Shown: positions 22,162 to 32,777 of the stretch, in pieces
Layout: each line of letters begins with the position of its first letter
Position numbering within the stretch: the stretch's first letter is position 1
Assembly: GCF_001194135.2 (NCBI RefSeq)
Contig: NC_068992.1
Location: 63,677,651 to 63,710,427, forward strand
Source of the DNA: Octopus bimaculoides
Taxonomy: Eukaryota
DNA: 32,777 bases
Direction: 5' to 3'
Notes under the pieces: model-generated
The model's input: the letters and a program-made list of their open reading frames with translations, nothing else
What the model was told of the DNA's origin: nothing
Database searches by the model: none
Position numbers and translations under genes: made by a program

Positions 22162-22208
22162 GTGTCCTCATAGTAACGGAATCTGACGAGACTGCGGCGG
22201 AGGTTATT
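22162..22208 (+). CDS. Class C GPCR coding exon 5 (5' part only; truncated by an assembly gap)
   Basis: Acceptor ACCACCAG| after a CT-rich tract; phase 1 matches exon 4. Gives (G)VLIVTESDETAAEVI, which continues the mGluR-like NAR-VV(I/L)F strand and helix. Sequence enters N at 22209. Confidence 0.75.
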
Positions 22209-22726
22209 NNNNNNNNNNNNNNNNNNNNNNNNNNNNNNNNNNNNNNNNNNNNNNNNNNNNNNNNNNNNNNNNNNNNNNNNNNNNNNNNNNNNNNNNNNNN
22301 NNNNNNNNNNNNNNNNNNNNNNNNNNNNNNNNNNNNNNNNNNNNNNNNNNNNNNNNNNNNNNNNNNNNNNNNNNNNNNNNNNNNNNNNNNNNNNNNNNNN
22401 NNNNNNNNNNNNNNNNNNNNNNNNNNNNNNNNNNNNNNNNNNNNNNNNNNNNNNNNNNNNNNNNNNNNNNNNNNNNNNNNNNNNNNNNNNNNNNNNNNNN
22501 NNNNNNNNNNNNNNNNNNNNNNNNNNNNNNNNNNNNNNNNNNNNNNNNNNNNNNNNNNNNNNNNNNNNNNNNNNNNNNNNNNNNNNNNNNNNNNNNNNNN
22601 NNNNNNNNNNNNNNNNNNNNNNNNNNNNNNNNNNNNNNNNNNNNNNNNNNNNNNNNNNNNNNNNNNNNNNNNNNNNNNNNNNNNNNNNNNNNNNNNNNNN
22701 NNNNNNNNNNNNNNNNNNNNNNNNNN
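22209..22726. other. Assembly gap removing the rest of exon 5 (one of many N gaps in the window)
   Basis: Run of N directly following in-frame coding sequence. Confidence 0.95.
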
Positions 22727-22794
<68 letters not shown>

Positions 22795-22859
22795 GGATTC
22801 TTGTCTTGTAGATGACAGATGAGGGTGTCTGCAATTTCTTGCTAAACAACCTGCACAGA

Positions 22860-23045
22860 TGATTCGTTTATAGTGATCAAATATTTGTGCAAAGCTCACT
22901 CCCTCCACCAAAGTCGACGTTCTCTGTGCGGTGTGGTGCAGGTCAGGTGTCGAAGTGACCGCAAAGTAACGTGAGATGAAGCGTTTTTCTCAAGAACACA
23001 ACGCACCGCTTCTACCGGGAGATCGAATCTCGCAATCGGCAGTGC
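22860..23045 (-). mobile_element. SINE family D' copy (reverse)
   Basis: TTTATAGTGATCAAAT..CTCACTCCCTCCA..TCAAGAACACAACGCA is the reverse complement of the 10995-11200 body. Confidence 0.7.
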
Positions 23046-23261
23046 AAAACACACATAAACGCGCGCGCGCGCACATGCACTCATACTCACACACGTGCCC
23101 ACACATGCACACGCACATGTACACAAATACACATGCGCACACACATACACATACACAACTCAAAGGTGTTAATGCCATATAGACATACGAGTAATATGTG
23201 ACGTAGGACATCACGTGCTACATCTCAGTAAATATCAGATTATCTGAACGAGTCAAATATT

Positions 23262-24003
23262 CTTTTCTACTCTTGGCACAAGGCCCGACATTTTGGGGGA
23301 GGGGGGCAGTCGATTAGATCGACTCCAGTACGCAACTGGTACTTAATTTATCGACCCCGAAAGGATGAAAGGCAATGTCTACCTCGGTGGAATTTGAACT
23401 CAGNNNNNNNNNNTAATTTATCGACCCCGAAAGGATGAAAGGCAATGTCTACCTCGGTGGAATTTGAACTCAGAACATAAAGACAGACGAAATACCAATT
23501 TCTTTATTGCCCACGGGGGGCTAAACACAGAGATGTACAAAACAACTGATTGGGATCAGTAATGCGATATGGTTTACATAAAATATGACTTTAAAAATTA
23601 TATAAAATATAATAGAATGATATTAACAGTACATAGACAACACAACGTCACTACTCCCCGGCGCACAGATCTGGAGATAAGCCCATTCTGTTGCCAGTTC
23701 ACGTAAACGTCAGGCAGTAGTTGCCCGAACAAGTCTGCCATACATTTATACAGCTCGTACGGAAAACCATCACGTCTCGGCGACCTACCAGCTTTACAGT
23801 CGGCCAAAGCCTCCACAGTAGTTTTCGAACGAGAATTGTTAAACAAATTTCAACAGCAAATACAACAGGCAATAACACAGAAACAGTCCACAGAAACTAC
23901 ACTTACTATACAGACGCACTTCAGCAATAATACTTCCAACTCACGGAGACGTTATACCGCTAAGCAGTTCGACCGGCGTGTTAATGTTTCTGCCAGCTCG
24001 CAG
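23262..24003 (-). mobile_element. SINE family A copy split by a 457-bp insertion
   Basis: The SINE body stops at GACGAAATACC (23496) and resumes at ATACCGCTAAGC (23954-23965), continuing to TTTCTGCCAGCTCGC. Confidence 0.85.
23497..23953 (-). mobile_element. Internally deleted L1/Tx1-like LINE fragment with ATACC target-site duplication
   Basis: Encodes VEALADCKAGRSPRRDGFPYELYK..DLFGQLLPDVY..WQQNGLISRSVRRGVVTL (the RT domain 0 K-SPG-DG motif region). The 3' end reads GCCCCCCGTGGGCAATAAAGAAATT. ATACC is present at both 23492-23496 and 23954-23958. Confidence 0.75.
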
Positions 24004-24104
24004 CCTTACGAGCCTATTATTCGTCGATGAATAATAAATGAATAAGATTTAGCCAAAGGAGAAAAGACCAGAGAATATCTTTGTTATTTTAATAAAATTC
24101 AAAT

Positions 24105-24320
24105 GGAGGCAGTAAGCTAGCAGGAACGGTACCGCTCTGGGGAAAATTCCTGACCACATTTAGTCCTTCTTTACGCTCGACGTCCAAATAACCCGGGAGT
24201 AGACTTTGCCTTTCATTCATTTTGGGGGTCAATAAAATAAGTACCTGTTACGTATTGGGGTCGTTGTACTCGACTTACTTTCTATCCAGAAATTACTGGC
24301 ATTGTCCCAAGATTTTGAAT
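24105..24320 (+). mobile_element. Older, diverged SINE family A copy
   Basis: GACTTTGCCTTTCAT..GGGGTCAATAAAATAAGTACC core. Confidence 0.65.
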
Positions 24321-26011
24321 GAAGATAAACCACAGGAAGGGCGGTCCTGTGAAAGAAATAAGAATTTATTTAAAGCTCTTCACATTCCGCGTTCAAACTA
24401 CGTTAATTTTATTTCTCAGCTTTTGAAGTCGATAGAATAACGATATCAGTTAAGTATTGATATCGCGATAATCGATTGTAAATCTCCTCCAAATTTGATG
24501 CGTTTTGACTATAAGTAATCAATACAAACTCAATGTTGATGACGAGATAGAATTTAAAGTCAAATTTGTTTGTTATTTTGCTCGCTTTTTTTTCTTTCTT
24601 TTTTTTTTTGCTTTGGTTTTCGATAATTATTTTTAACTTCTCTGAGTTTTCTAGTTTTAAAAGCTTAATTGATATAGAAATGTTTTCAAAAAACATGAAT
24701 CAAGATTGGTGAAGATCAAATTTTTAAAAAATAAAATTTTTTGCGAAAAACTAAATTTAAATTTATATTTTCAATTTGAATATTTTTATTTTTAAAAACA
24801 TAATAATTGGAAAAATTACTTTTAAACAACTTAAATTTGTATTTTATTCAATTAATTTTTTTCGTTAATTTCAATTTGAGTTAAAATTTACGAAGTTCGA
24901 TTTCAAATTTTCTTTCTCTTGTTTTCGGAATAATAATTTTTAATTTTCTTTTTTTTTTTTATCAATTTAAAATTTCGAATTAAATTTTAATAAACTAGAA
25001 AACACTGAGGAGAAATGTATTGAAATTCATCATTCCAAGCGATAACATAGACGCAAATATGACAAAATCGGTAGAGCAACTTACAAAACTCTATATCAAT
25101 CTTTAAACCTTAAACCCTAACCCTAAACCCTAACACTCAACCTTAATCATAACACTAAGCCTTGGGACTTAAGCCTAACCCTAACCCTAAAGCCTTATCT
25201 ATAATATAGATAAAAAAGAGAACTACGTGAACCAAAGAGGGGGTGCTTTTGTGTAGTTATTCAAGTTGCTAGGAGTAACAACTGAATCTTCCTCAAATCA
25301 CATACTACCATCTTATTAACAGACGCATTGGATAATCTAGCCTAGCTACATTATGTCTAAAAATAATTTGGAATGGTCACAGCCTTAACGCTTTTTTCTC
25401 ATAGTGTTTTCTCAATGAAGGCTCATCTTGTGTCGAGCTACAGCATACCTTTCGCCCTCATCACGAAGTGTGTTCTGATATTTAGTAAGGAATGTTATTT
25501 ATTCTGAGTTCAAATCCTGCTGGAGTAGATTTTGCTCCTTTCTCGAGGTCAACCGGTCTGAATATCTTTGTTCTGTTCTTTCAGACGAGTGACCTTTCGC
25601 TTGTCTTAGATTCTGAGGTCAGTCAATTCTGAGAATGACAGAATCGGCAGAGCGTTCGATAAGGTGTCTGACATCATTTAGTCACGTCTTTCTATCTATG
25701 ATTCTGAGTTCAAATTGCGCAAAGGGTAAATTTGCTTTTCATCTTTCCAGGACGTACGGTGCTATGCATGATTAACATTGATATAGTGTAAAGGAGGCCG
25801 GATTCTGTTGAGTAATTCATCTCTGAAAAACAGGAGTGTTTCGTTCATCATCCTTAAACAACCCTTATTTAGGAACCTTTTTGAGAGGTTGTACCTGGGT
25901 CCCACCTACAAGGTCATGCGGTGTTTATCTTTATATGAGATCACCATGTTGCGTGCATACGGAATGCACGTGCCTTGTACCCTTATCAGATGAGTAGTGT
26001 TGATGGGTACA

Positions 26012-26150
26012 TTTATTTCTTTATTGCCCACAGGGGGCTAAACATAGAGGGGACAAACAAGAACAGACAAAGGTATTAAATCGATTACATAGACCCCAAT
26101 GCGTAACTGGTACTTATTTAATCAATCCCCGAAAGGATGAAAGGCAAATA
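26012..26150 (-). mobile_element. SINE family A fragment with a LINE-type 3' tail
   Basis: SINE core (CGAAAGGATGAAAGGCAAA, CTGGTACTTA) joined to TTTCTTTATTGCCCACAGGGGGCTAAACATAGAG. Confidence 0.75.
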
Positions 26151-26168
26151 ATAATAATAATAATAACA

Positions 26169-26225
<57 letters not shown>

Positions 26226-26235
26226 ATGATGATGG

Positions 26236-26270
<35 letters not shown>

Positions 26271-26274
<4 letters not shown>

Positions 26275-26791
26275 CATTTATTTGCCATTAGGGCGAATGA
26301 TGAGGGGGACAATATAAAGACAAATATAAAAAATATGGAGGTTTACATATAATGAAATGATAATAAAAGTGGGGTAAGTATACACAGTATATAATGAAAA
26401 GAAAGGGACATATACATAGCATGTGAAGGTTAAAAAGAGGAGGAGGAGGAGGATGATATAGAGATGCAGCCTTCCTGATACAGGATGACATCTAGGGATA
26501 ATCGTGGAACCCCACTGTCCGAGATTTCTCTGAACACCAAGAGCAAGTGCCCTCTCCAATTTCTTATTCTTTGACTTACAGGTCTACAGTTAGAGAGGTA
26601 CCATCCACTCTTGCCCTTTTCGCAACTTTCACTCACCTTTCAATAAACTCACTCGAGGACAGCACTTCCCTCTCTACTCTCAATTTCCTTTTCAAGAGAA
26701 ACTTGAAGAAGTCAATGAGAGCCCTATCAAAGAAGAATATATTTGTCCTCATGCCTTTCAGCCTTCTCCCCCAGACAACCTCTTTCGCCAC
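26271..26791 (-). mobile_element. L1/Tx1-like LINE 3' end
   Basis: VAKEVVWGRRLKGMRTNIFF..ALIDFFKFLLKRKLRVEREVLSSSEFIER resembles a Tx1-like ORF2 C-terminus. A T-rich 3'UTR ends GGCAAATAAATGAAAT before a (CAT)n run. Confidence 0.65.
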
Positions 26792-26801
26792 NNNNNNNNN
26801 N

Positions 26802-26883
<82 letters not shown>

Positions 26884-26884
<1 letters not shown>

Positions 26885-27056
26885 CCTTGATGGGTACAGC
26901 CCATATACTACGGAAAGCACTCTCCATCTAAAATTGAATAACTGTGGTGATAATATTAGCATGCAGAGCAAAACAAAAGTGCCCTTGCTACTCTTGACCT
27001 CTGGAGGATGCCCGGTACTAAGGCAGCTGAAATAAAGTTATAATGAAAGGAAACCA
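26884..27056 (+). mobile_element. 5'-truncated R4/Dong-clade 3' end embedded after (TAA)n
   Basis: ACCTTGATGGGTACAGCCCATATACTACGGAAAGCACTCTCCATCTAA encodes TLMGTAHILRKALSI*, the typical RLE-ORF C-terminus. A 3'UTR containing AGTTATAAT follows. Confidence 0.8.
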
Positions 27057-27157
27057 TAAAGAAGAAGAAGAAGAAGAAGAAGAAGAAGAAGAAGAAGAAG
27101 AAGAAGAAGAAGAAGAAGAAGAAGAAGAAGAAGAAGAAGAAGAAGAAGAAATAAAAT

Positions 27158-27375
27158 AAGGCGAGCTGACAAATCGTTGACACGCCGGACAAAACACTGA
27201 GCGGCATTTATTCCGGCTCTCTCCGTTTAGTGTTAAAATTCCGCAGAGATTGACTTTGCCTTCCATCCTTTCGGAGTCGATTAAATAAGTGTAAGTTGCA
27301 CACTGGCGTCGATTTAATCGACTTAAATCTTCCCCAAAAACTTTCAGCCCTTGCGCCTCTAATAAAATGGATTAT
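27158..27375 (+). mobile_element. SINE family A copy
   Basis: GGCGAGCTGACAAATCGTT..CACGCCGG head through to the GGATTATT tail. Confidence 0.85.
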
Positions 27376-27633
27376 TAGAAATATATATCGTTTTTGTCAG
27401 CTAGTACATGGAGTCTCCAGCAAAATTTGCTGATCAGGCATCTTGTAGCGGTGGGGATAGTAATGGTGGTGGTGGTGGTGGTGGTAGTGGTAGTAGGGGA
27501 AGGTGTTTTGTGATTCCTACCCTAGACTTTGGTACAAGGCATCAGAAGAGACCTTACACACATACACACACACACACACACAAAACCCTCGGTCAATAGG
27601 CTTAGTTGATAATCATTTGCAATTGTCATAGTT

Positions 27634-27668
<35 letters not shown>

Positions 27669-27712
27669 TATTAAATGTTGANNNNNNNNNNNNNNNNNNN
27701 NNNNNNNNNNNN

Positions 27713-27745
<33 letters not shown>

Positions 27746-27771
27746 TATATATGTATGCATGTTTATATATG

Positions 27772-27848
<77 letters not shown>

Positions 27849-28713
27849 GTTTGTATGTAAGTATTTATGTATTTATATGTATAAATTACATATAATGCAC
27901 ACAGCATAACAGACACACACATACAACAGTTATATGCACATAGCCATATATGCGCGCGTGCGTGTCCGAGTGTGTGTGTGCGTGTGCGAGTGTATGTAAA
28001 AATGACATCAAGCTGTGTTGACAATATGGTGAGAATCAAAGATAAGAAGTGGGTGAAGAGCGAGCTAAAATGGCGGTCGTTTGATAAACAATGACATAGT
28101 TAGGTCAAGGGAACATGGCGGAAGGAGAAGGGGGGGACAAACTAATTAAGACTAAAAAAATCCTTACAGTTTGTCTAATACACCACACACTATATCTTTC
28201 CCTCTCCCTCCCTCTCCCTCCCTCTCTATCGCTCTCTCATTCTCTCGCTATGCATAGAAAGACATACATACATATATGTACGTATATATGCGTGTGTGTG
28301 TGTGTGTGTGTGTGTATGTATTTATGTATGTGTGTATATACATATGTATATCTGTATTAGGAGAAGTTTAATTATTGGTTCATCCAATATTTTTTCGTAT
28401 GCGAGAAACGTATATTAAAATTATTTCATTTCTTTTACTTTTAGCTCTTTTACACACACACACGTATATACGTACTCACATGTGAATGTATGTGTCCGAG
28501 TGGGTTTGTGTGAGTGTGTGAGTATACGAATCTGTGTGTGTGTCTGTATGACTGTGTATATGTGTTTCCAGACTTATATCAGATACTGTCACCCTCAGAT
28601 TTTGGTAACCTGTCCTTGACACTTACAAATTTACTACTACACATTTAGATATGCACGCGTCTATGTGTGTGAGTAACCGTACGTGTGTATATACATAGAT
28701 GTAAATATAAAAT

Positions 28714-28757
<44 letters not shown>

Positions 28758-29373
28758 NNNNNNNNNNNNNNNNNNNNNNNNNNNNNNNNNNNNNNNNNNN
28801 NNNNNNNNNNNNNNNNNNNNNNNNNNNNNNNNNNNNNNNNNNNNNNNNNNNNNNNNNNNNNNNNNNNNNNNNNNNNNNNNNNNNNNNNNNNNNNNNNNNN
28901 NNNNNNNNNNNNNNNNNNNNNNNNNNNNNNNNNNNNNNNNNNNNNNNNNNNNNNNNNNNNNNNNNNNNNNNNNNNNNNNNNNNNNNNNNNNNNNNNNNNN
29001 NNNNNNNNNNNNNNNNNNNNNNNNNNNNNNNNNNNNNNNNNNNNNNNNNNNNNNNNNNNNNNNNNNNNNNNNNNNNNNNNNNNNNNNNNNNNNNNNNNNN
29101 NNNNNNNNNNNNNNNNNNNNNNNNNNNNNNNNNNNNNNNNNNNNNNNNNNNNNNNNNNNNNNNNNNNNNNNNNNNNNNNNNNNNNNNNNTACGACGGGCT
29201 TCTTACATATATGTGTGTGTGTGTGTAATATATGTATATGTCTGTATATGCAGATTTATATATATATATATATATAGATAGATATATCTGCATACATATA
29301 TACTACATAATTACACATAATATAGTTAAATATATGTATGCATTTATGTAAGTATGTACGCATGTATATATAT

Positions 29374-29413
<40 letters not shown>

Positions 29414-29706
29414 TCTTTCTTGTAGTTTAATTAATATTAATAATGTTAGTGTTTAATCCATCCTAGAATTAAGATTGAATGAATGTGGTGATATCTAAGG
29501 TATGTTTGTTCCCAAACAACACTTGTTTTAGTGCTGTTGACACCACCAGATTGAATGGTACTACCCAGGTGTCGAAACCATTGTGATATCCGTGAGGCAG
29601 CTGATGAGGGAGGTATGTTGGATTGTTGGTATGGCTGTTATTGTATGTGCGGAATAGTTTTATAACATCCATTTGATATATATATATATATATATANNNN
29701 NNNNNN

Positions 29707-29812
<106 letters not shown>

Positions 29813-30064
29813 TAGATAGATAGATGATATGCTTAATATATATGTTGTTAAATGCTTAGGTTTGCGAAAAATCCCAATAAAGACGGTTAGTGTTAAAAAA
29901 TACAATATACTCCATAGCTCGGTGAAATGAAACGGACCCTGAAGGGAACGAGAACGGCAGATACCACTTTTTTTTACTGCTCATCAGTGCTGTATACTCG
30001 TCCAGCTTCCGAAGCGAATAGTCAGCTATACGTCTTTAGATCTCTCCCAGATGTAATGATGCAG

Positions 30065-30110
<46 letters not shown>

Positions 30111-30788
30111 NNNNNNNNNNNNNNNNNNNNNNNNNNNNNNNNNNNNNNNNNNNNNNNNNNNNNNNNNCTCTCTCTCCCTCTCTCTTAGATCTAGTTTCCT
30201 TGATCTACACAGACGTTCCTCCAATATTCCCTGTTCTCCAATGCTGACTTCAACACGGGACTAATAGACCGCTGTCGACCACTAGTCGGTCAACATATAT
30301 TGTAGCCAGTCGATCTCTGCACCTGTAGTCATGCGTTTGTTACCAAAGAAACACAACCTTGATGTATTCGTTCTTGGCTCGGTAGTAGTGACCAGCAAAA
30401 CGACAGCTACAAGTGTCACACATACGTTAAGTATGCTTACATTATTGAGCTGCTTGTTACTCAAAATCTGAATTTTTTTCAGCTTGTGCAATACTGTTGC
30501 GCATCAGCAAATACATTTTACACTATTTGAACCTACTTCTAGCTGTTGGTGTAGTTTCGTTTCGGAAGCAGTGCGAGTATATGGAACTGATGGATAGAAA
30601 ATGTTGCGCATTGCCGATATCTATTCCTGCTCGTTCACTACTGGGGAGGTTTCGTTTCGCCTATCTTTGAAATGTATTTTGATTTTCAACACTGTCTATC
30701 TTTAAAGTGACCTCTCCCAGATGTAAAACCACGGTTACAGGCGTTTAACAACTCACATACATTAAGCATGTAATATTTGTAATGTTTA

Positions 30789-30981
30789 CGCCGAGCGAAA
30801 TGCTTAGCGGCATTTCGTCTGTCTTTACGTTCTGAGTCCAAATTCCGCCGAGCTCGACTTTGCTTTTCATCCTTTTCGGGGTCGATAAATCAAGTACCAG
30901 TTGCGTACTGGGGTCGATCTAATCGACTGACCGCCTCCCTAAAGGTTTCGGGCCTTGTGCCTAGAGTAGAAAATAATATTT
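30789..30981 (+). mobile_element. SINE family A copy
   Basis: GAAATGCTTAGCGGCATTTCGTCTGTCTTTACGTTCTGAG..GGCCTTGTGCCTAGAGTAGAAA; a low-divergence copy. Confidence 0.9.
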
Positions 30982-32169
30982 GTAAATATTTACATTATTG
31001 AGCTGCTTCTAAACGCAAAATTTGAATATTTACATACATATGTGTATATGTCTGTGTGTGAGTGCATGCATATGGATGCGTGCATGTATGTATGTGTATG
31101 TATATATTTATGCGTGTATGTATATGTATACATTTGTATGTTTTACGTATATGTGTGTCTGTATACATACATAAATACATATATACATACATGTGTGTGC
31201 ATGTGTATACACACACACACACATATATACATACATGTGTGTGCATGTGTGTATATATACACATACACACACACATATACATGTATGTATGTACGTACGT
31301 ACGTGTGTATTTATGTATGTATGCCTTATGTATTTGACTCGCCATTATTTTCACCGTCGCCTGAAATTAATTTTGAAATGAAGATTATTGAAGTTGTTCC
31401 TAATGAGGGTCAAGGCTAAGAGATTTGACAGTGGATTGGGTAGAAAGAGGGTATAGAGAGAAGATTGGTTGGTACGGAGGATGGGGGTGGAGAGAGAGAA
31501 ATACGGGGCGGGTGGGCAGAGGACGAGCAAGCGGGAAAAAGAAACTGGTATGGTATATACAGCCGTTATCAGTTCTGACTTAATAAAAACAGTTGTAAAA
31601 ACAANNNNNNNNNNNNNNNNNNNNNNNNNNNNNNNNNNNNNNNNNNNNNNNNNNNNNNNNNNNNNNNNNNNNNNNNNNNNNNNNNNNNNNNNNNNNNNNN
31701 NNNNNNNNNNNNNNNNNNNNNNNNNNNNNNNNNNNNNNNNNNNNNNNNNNNNNNNNNNNNNNNNNNNNNNNNNNNNNNNNNNNNNNNNNNNNNNNNNNNT
31801 GGTGGTGGTGGTGGTGGTGGTGGCGGCGGTGATGATGAAAATGATGATGATGATGATATTGCCGTCGATTATAATAATAATGATGATGAAAAGGGGAACG
31901 GAAGGAGGAGGAAAAGGAAGATGAGCATTGAAGAAAGAGGAAATGGATGACCAAGAGGATGTCAGCGTTTGTGTTGATGATGACGATGATGATAATAGCA
32001 ATGATGATGATAATGAGGTGGAGGAGGAGGAGAAGTAAGAGGACGGTTGTAGTTTCGGTGGTGGTGATAGTGGTGGAGGCGGTGGTAGTCGTCGTCGTGG
32101 TGGTGGATAGCGTTAAAGACGACAATAGTCATAGTGACTAATTTTCAGAGACTAATTTACAAATAAACT

Positions 32170-32400
32170 GGCACTCCGTCGGTTGCGACGATGATGGTCC
32201 AAGCTGATCCGATCAACGGAACAGCCTGCTCGTGAAATTAACGTACAAGTGGCTGAGCACTCCACAGACATGTGTACCCTTTAACGTAGTTCTCATGCAA
32301 ATTCAGTGCGACACAGTGTGTGACAGGGCTGGCCCTTCGAAATACAGGTACAACTCATTTTTGCCAGCTAAGTGGACTGCAGCAACGTGGAATAAACTGT
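32170..32400 (-). mobile_element. SINE family D copy (reverse)
   Basis: Reverse complement of the 21318-21612 body. Confidence 0.85.
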
Positions 32401-32777
32401 CTCCATACTTTCCATTTGTGATTACAAAATATAAACCCCTATTGGGATTTACACACCACGGACAGGAAACATTTCTACCACATCTACACACCACTTTCCT
32501 TGGATAATGGGACTGCAACTATAACATTCTTATACATTTTTATTTTTATTTCTACATTCATTCCCGTACTTCTCTATATACTCCTTATTTACTTCCGTTT
32601 TCAAAATAACTCCTTACATTGAACTCTAATATTTCCTTCTATTCAACGATCCCATATCGTCTCTGATGAAGGGATATCCTTAATATCCCAGAAACAGATG
32701 TAAGACAAACTTTCTTTTTATAAATGTCCTGAAAATTCCACACAGCCTTGGCTTTGTTGTGTCGTTTTATTTAACAT
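32400..32777 (+). mobile_element. Probable Penelope-like or retrozyme-like element end carrying a hammerhead
   Basis: Pyrimidine-rich tract followed by the hammerhead motif; the same architecture is seen at 19940-20160 and 15780-16100. Confidence 0.4.
32659..32706 (+). ncRNA. Minimal type I hammerhead ribozyme motif
   Basis: GUCU-CUGAUGA-A-GGGAUA(UCCUUAA)UAUCCC-A-GAAAC-AGAU-GUA-AGAC. Core is intact, stem I is 4 bp, stem II is 6 bp closed by an A.A apposition, and the triplet is GUA. Confidence 0.72.

Noticed and set aside
22812-22862. TTGTAG|ATGACAGATGAG.. as a candidate next exon
   Set aside because: It reaches a stop within 17 codons in the best frame, shows no flytrap similarity, and runs into a SINE.
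29480-29660. GAAAC..CTGATGA motifs suggesting a type II hammerhead, and a minus-strand ORF (29469-29795)
   Set aside because: The cleavage position would be G (GUG), stems I and II do not pair, and the ORF has no recognisable homology.
29940-29995. Minus-strand CTGATGA-GCAG..CTGC as a hammerhead
   Set aside because: No GAAA follows the putative stem II.

Overview
Eukaryotic, repeat-rich draft-assembly window with many N gaps. The SINE and microsatellite landscape resembles an octopus/coleoid cephalopod genome (inferred from repeat families recalled from memory, not searched). The only supportable host gene is on the + strand: the 5' part of a class C GPCR (metabotropic glutamate receptor-like, Venus flytrap domain). 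It is reconstructed from five GT-AG exons with matching phases: 3063-3459, 18258-18415, 19406-19576, 20762-20909, and 22162 running into a gap. By-eye alignment suggests that its glutamate-binding pocket is strongly remodelled. The introns hold several tRNA-headed SINE families, relics of Tc1/mariner, piggyBac-like, R4/Dong-like, L1/Tx1-like and CR1/L2-like elements, and several type I hammerhead ribozyme motifs (14906-14964 on -, 20061-20104 on +, 32659-32706 on +, plus degenerate copies). Other notable features are an 88-nt near-perfect hairpin and a possible intronic promoter. Nearly all long ORFs in the supplied track are artefacts of N runs or microsatellites. All alignments and RNA folds were done by eye.
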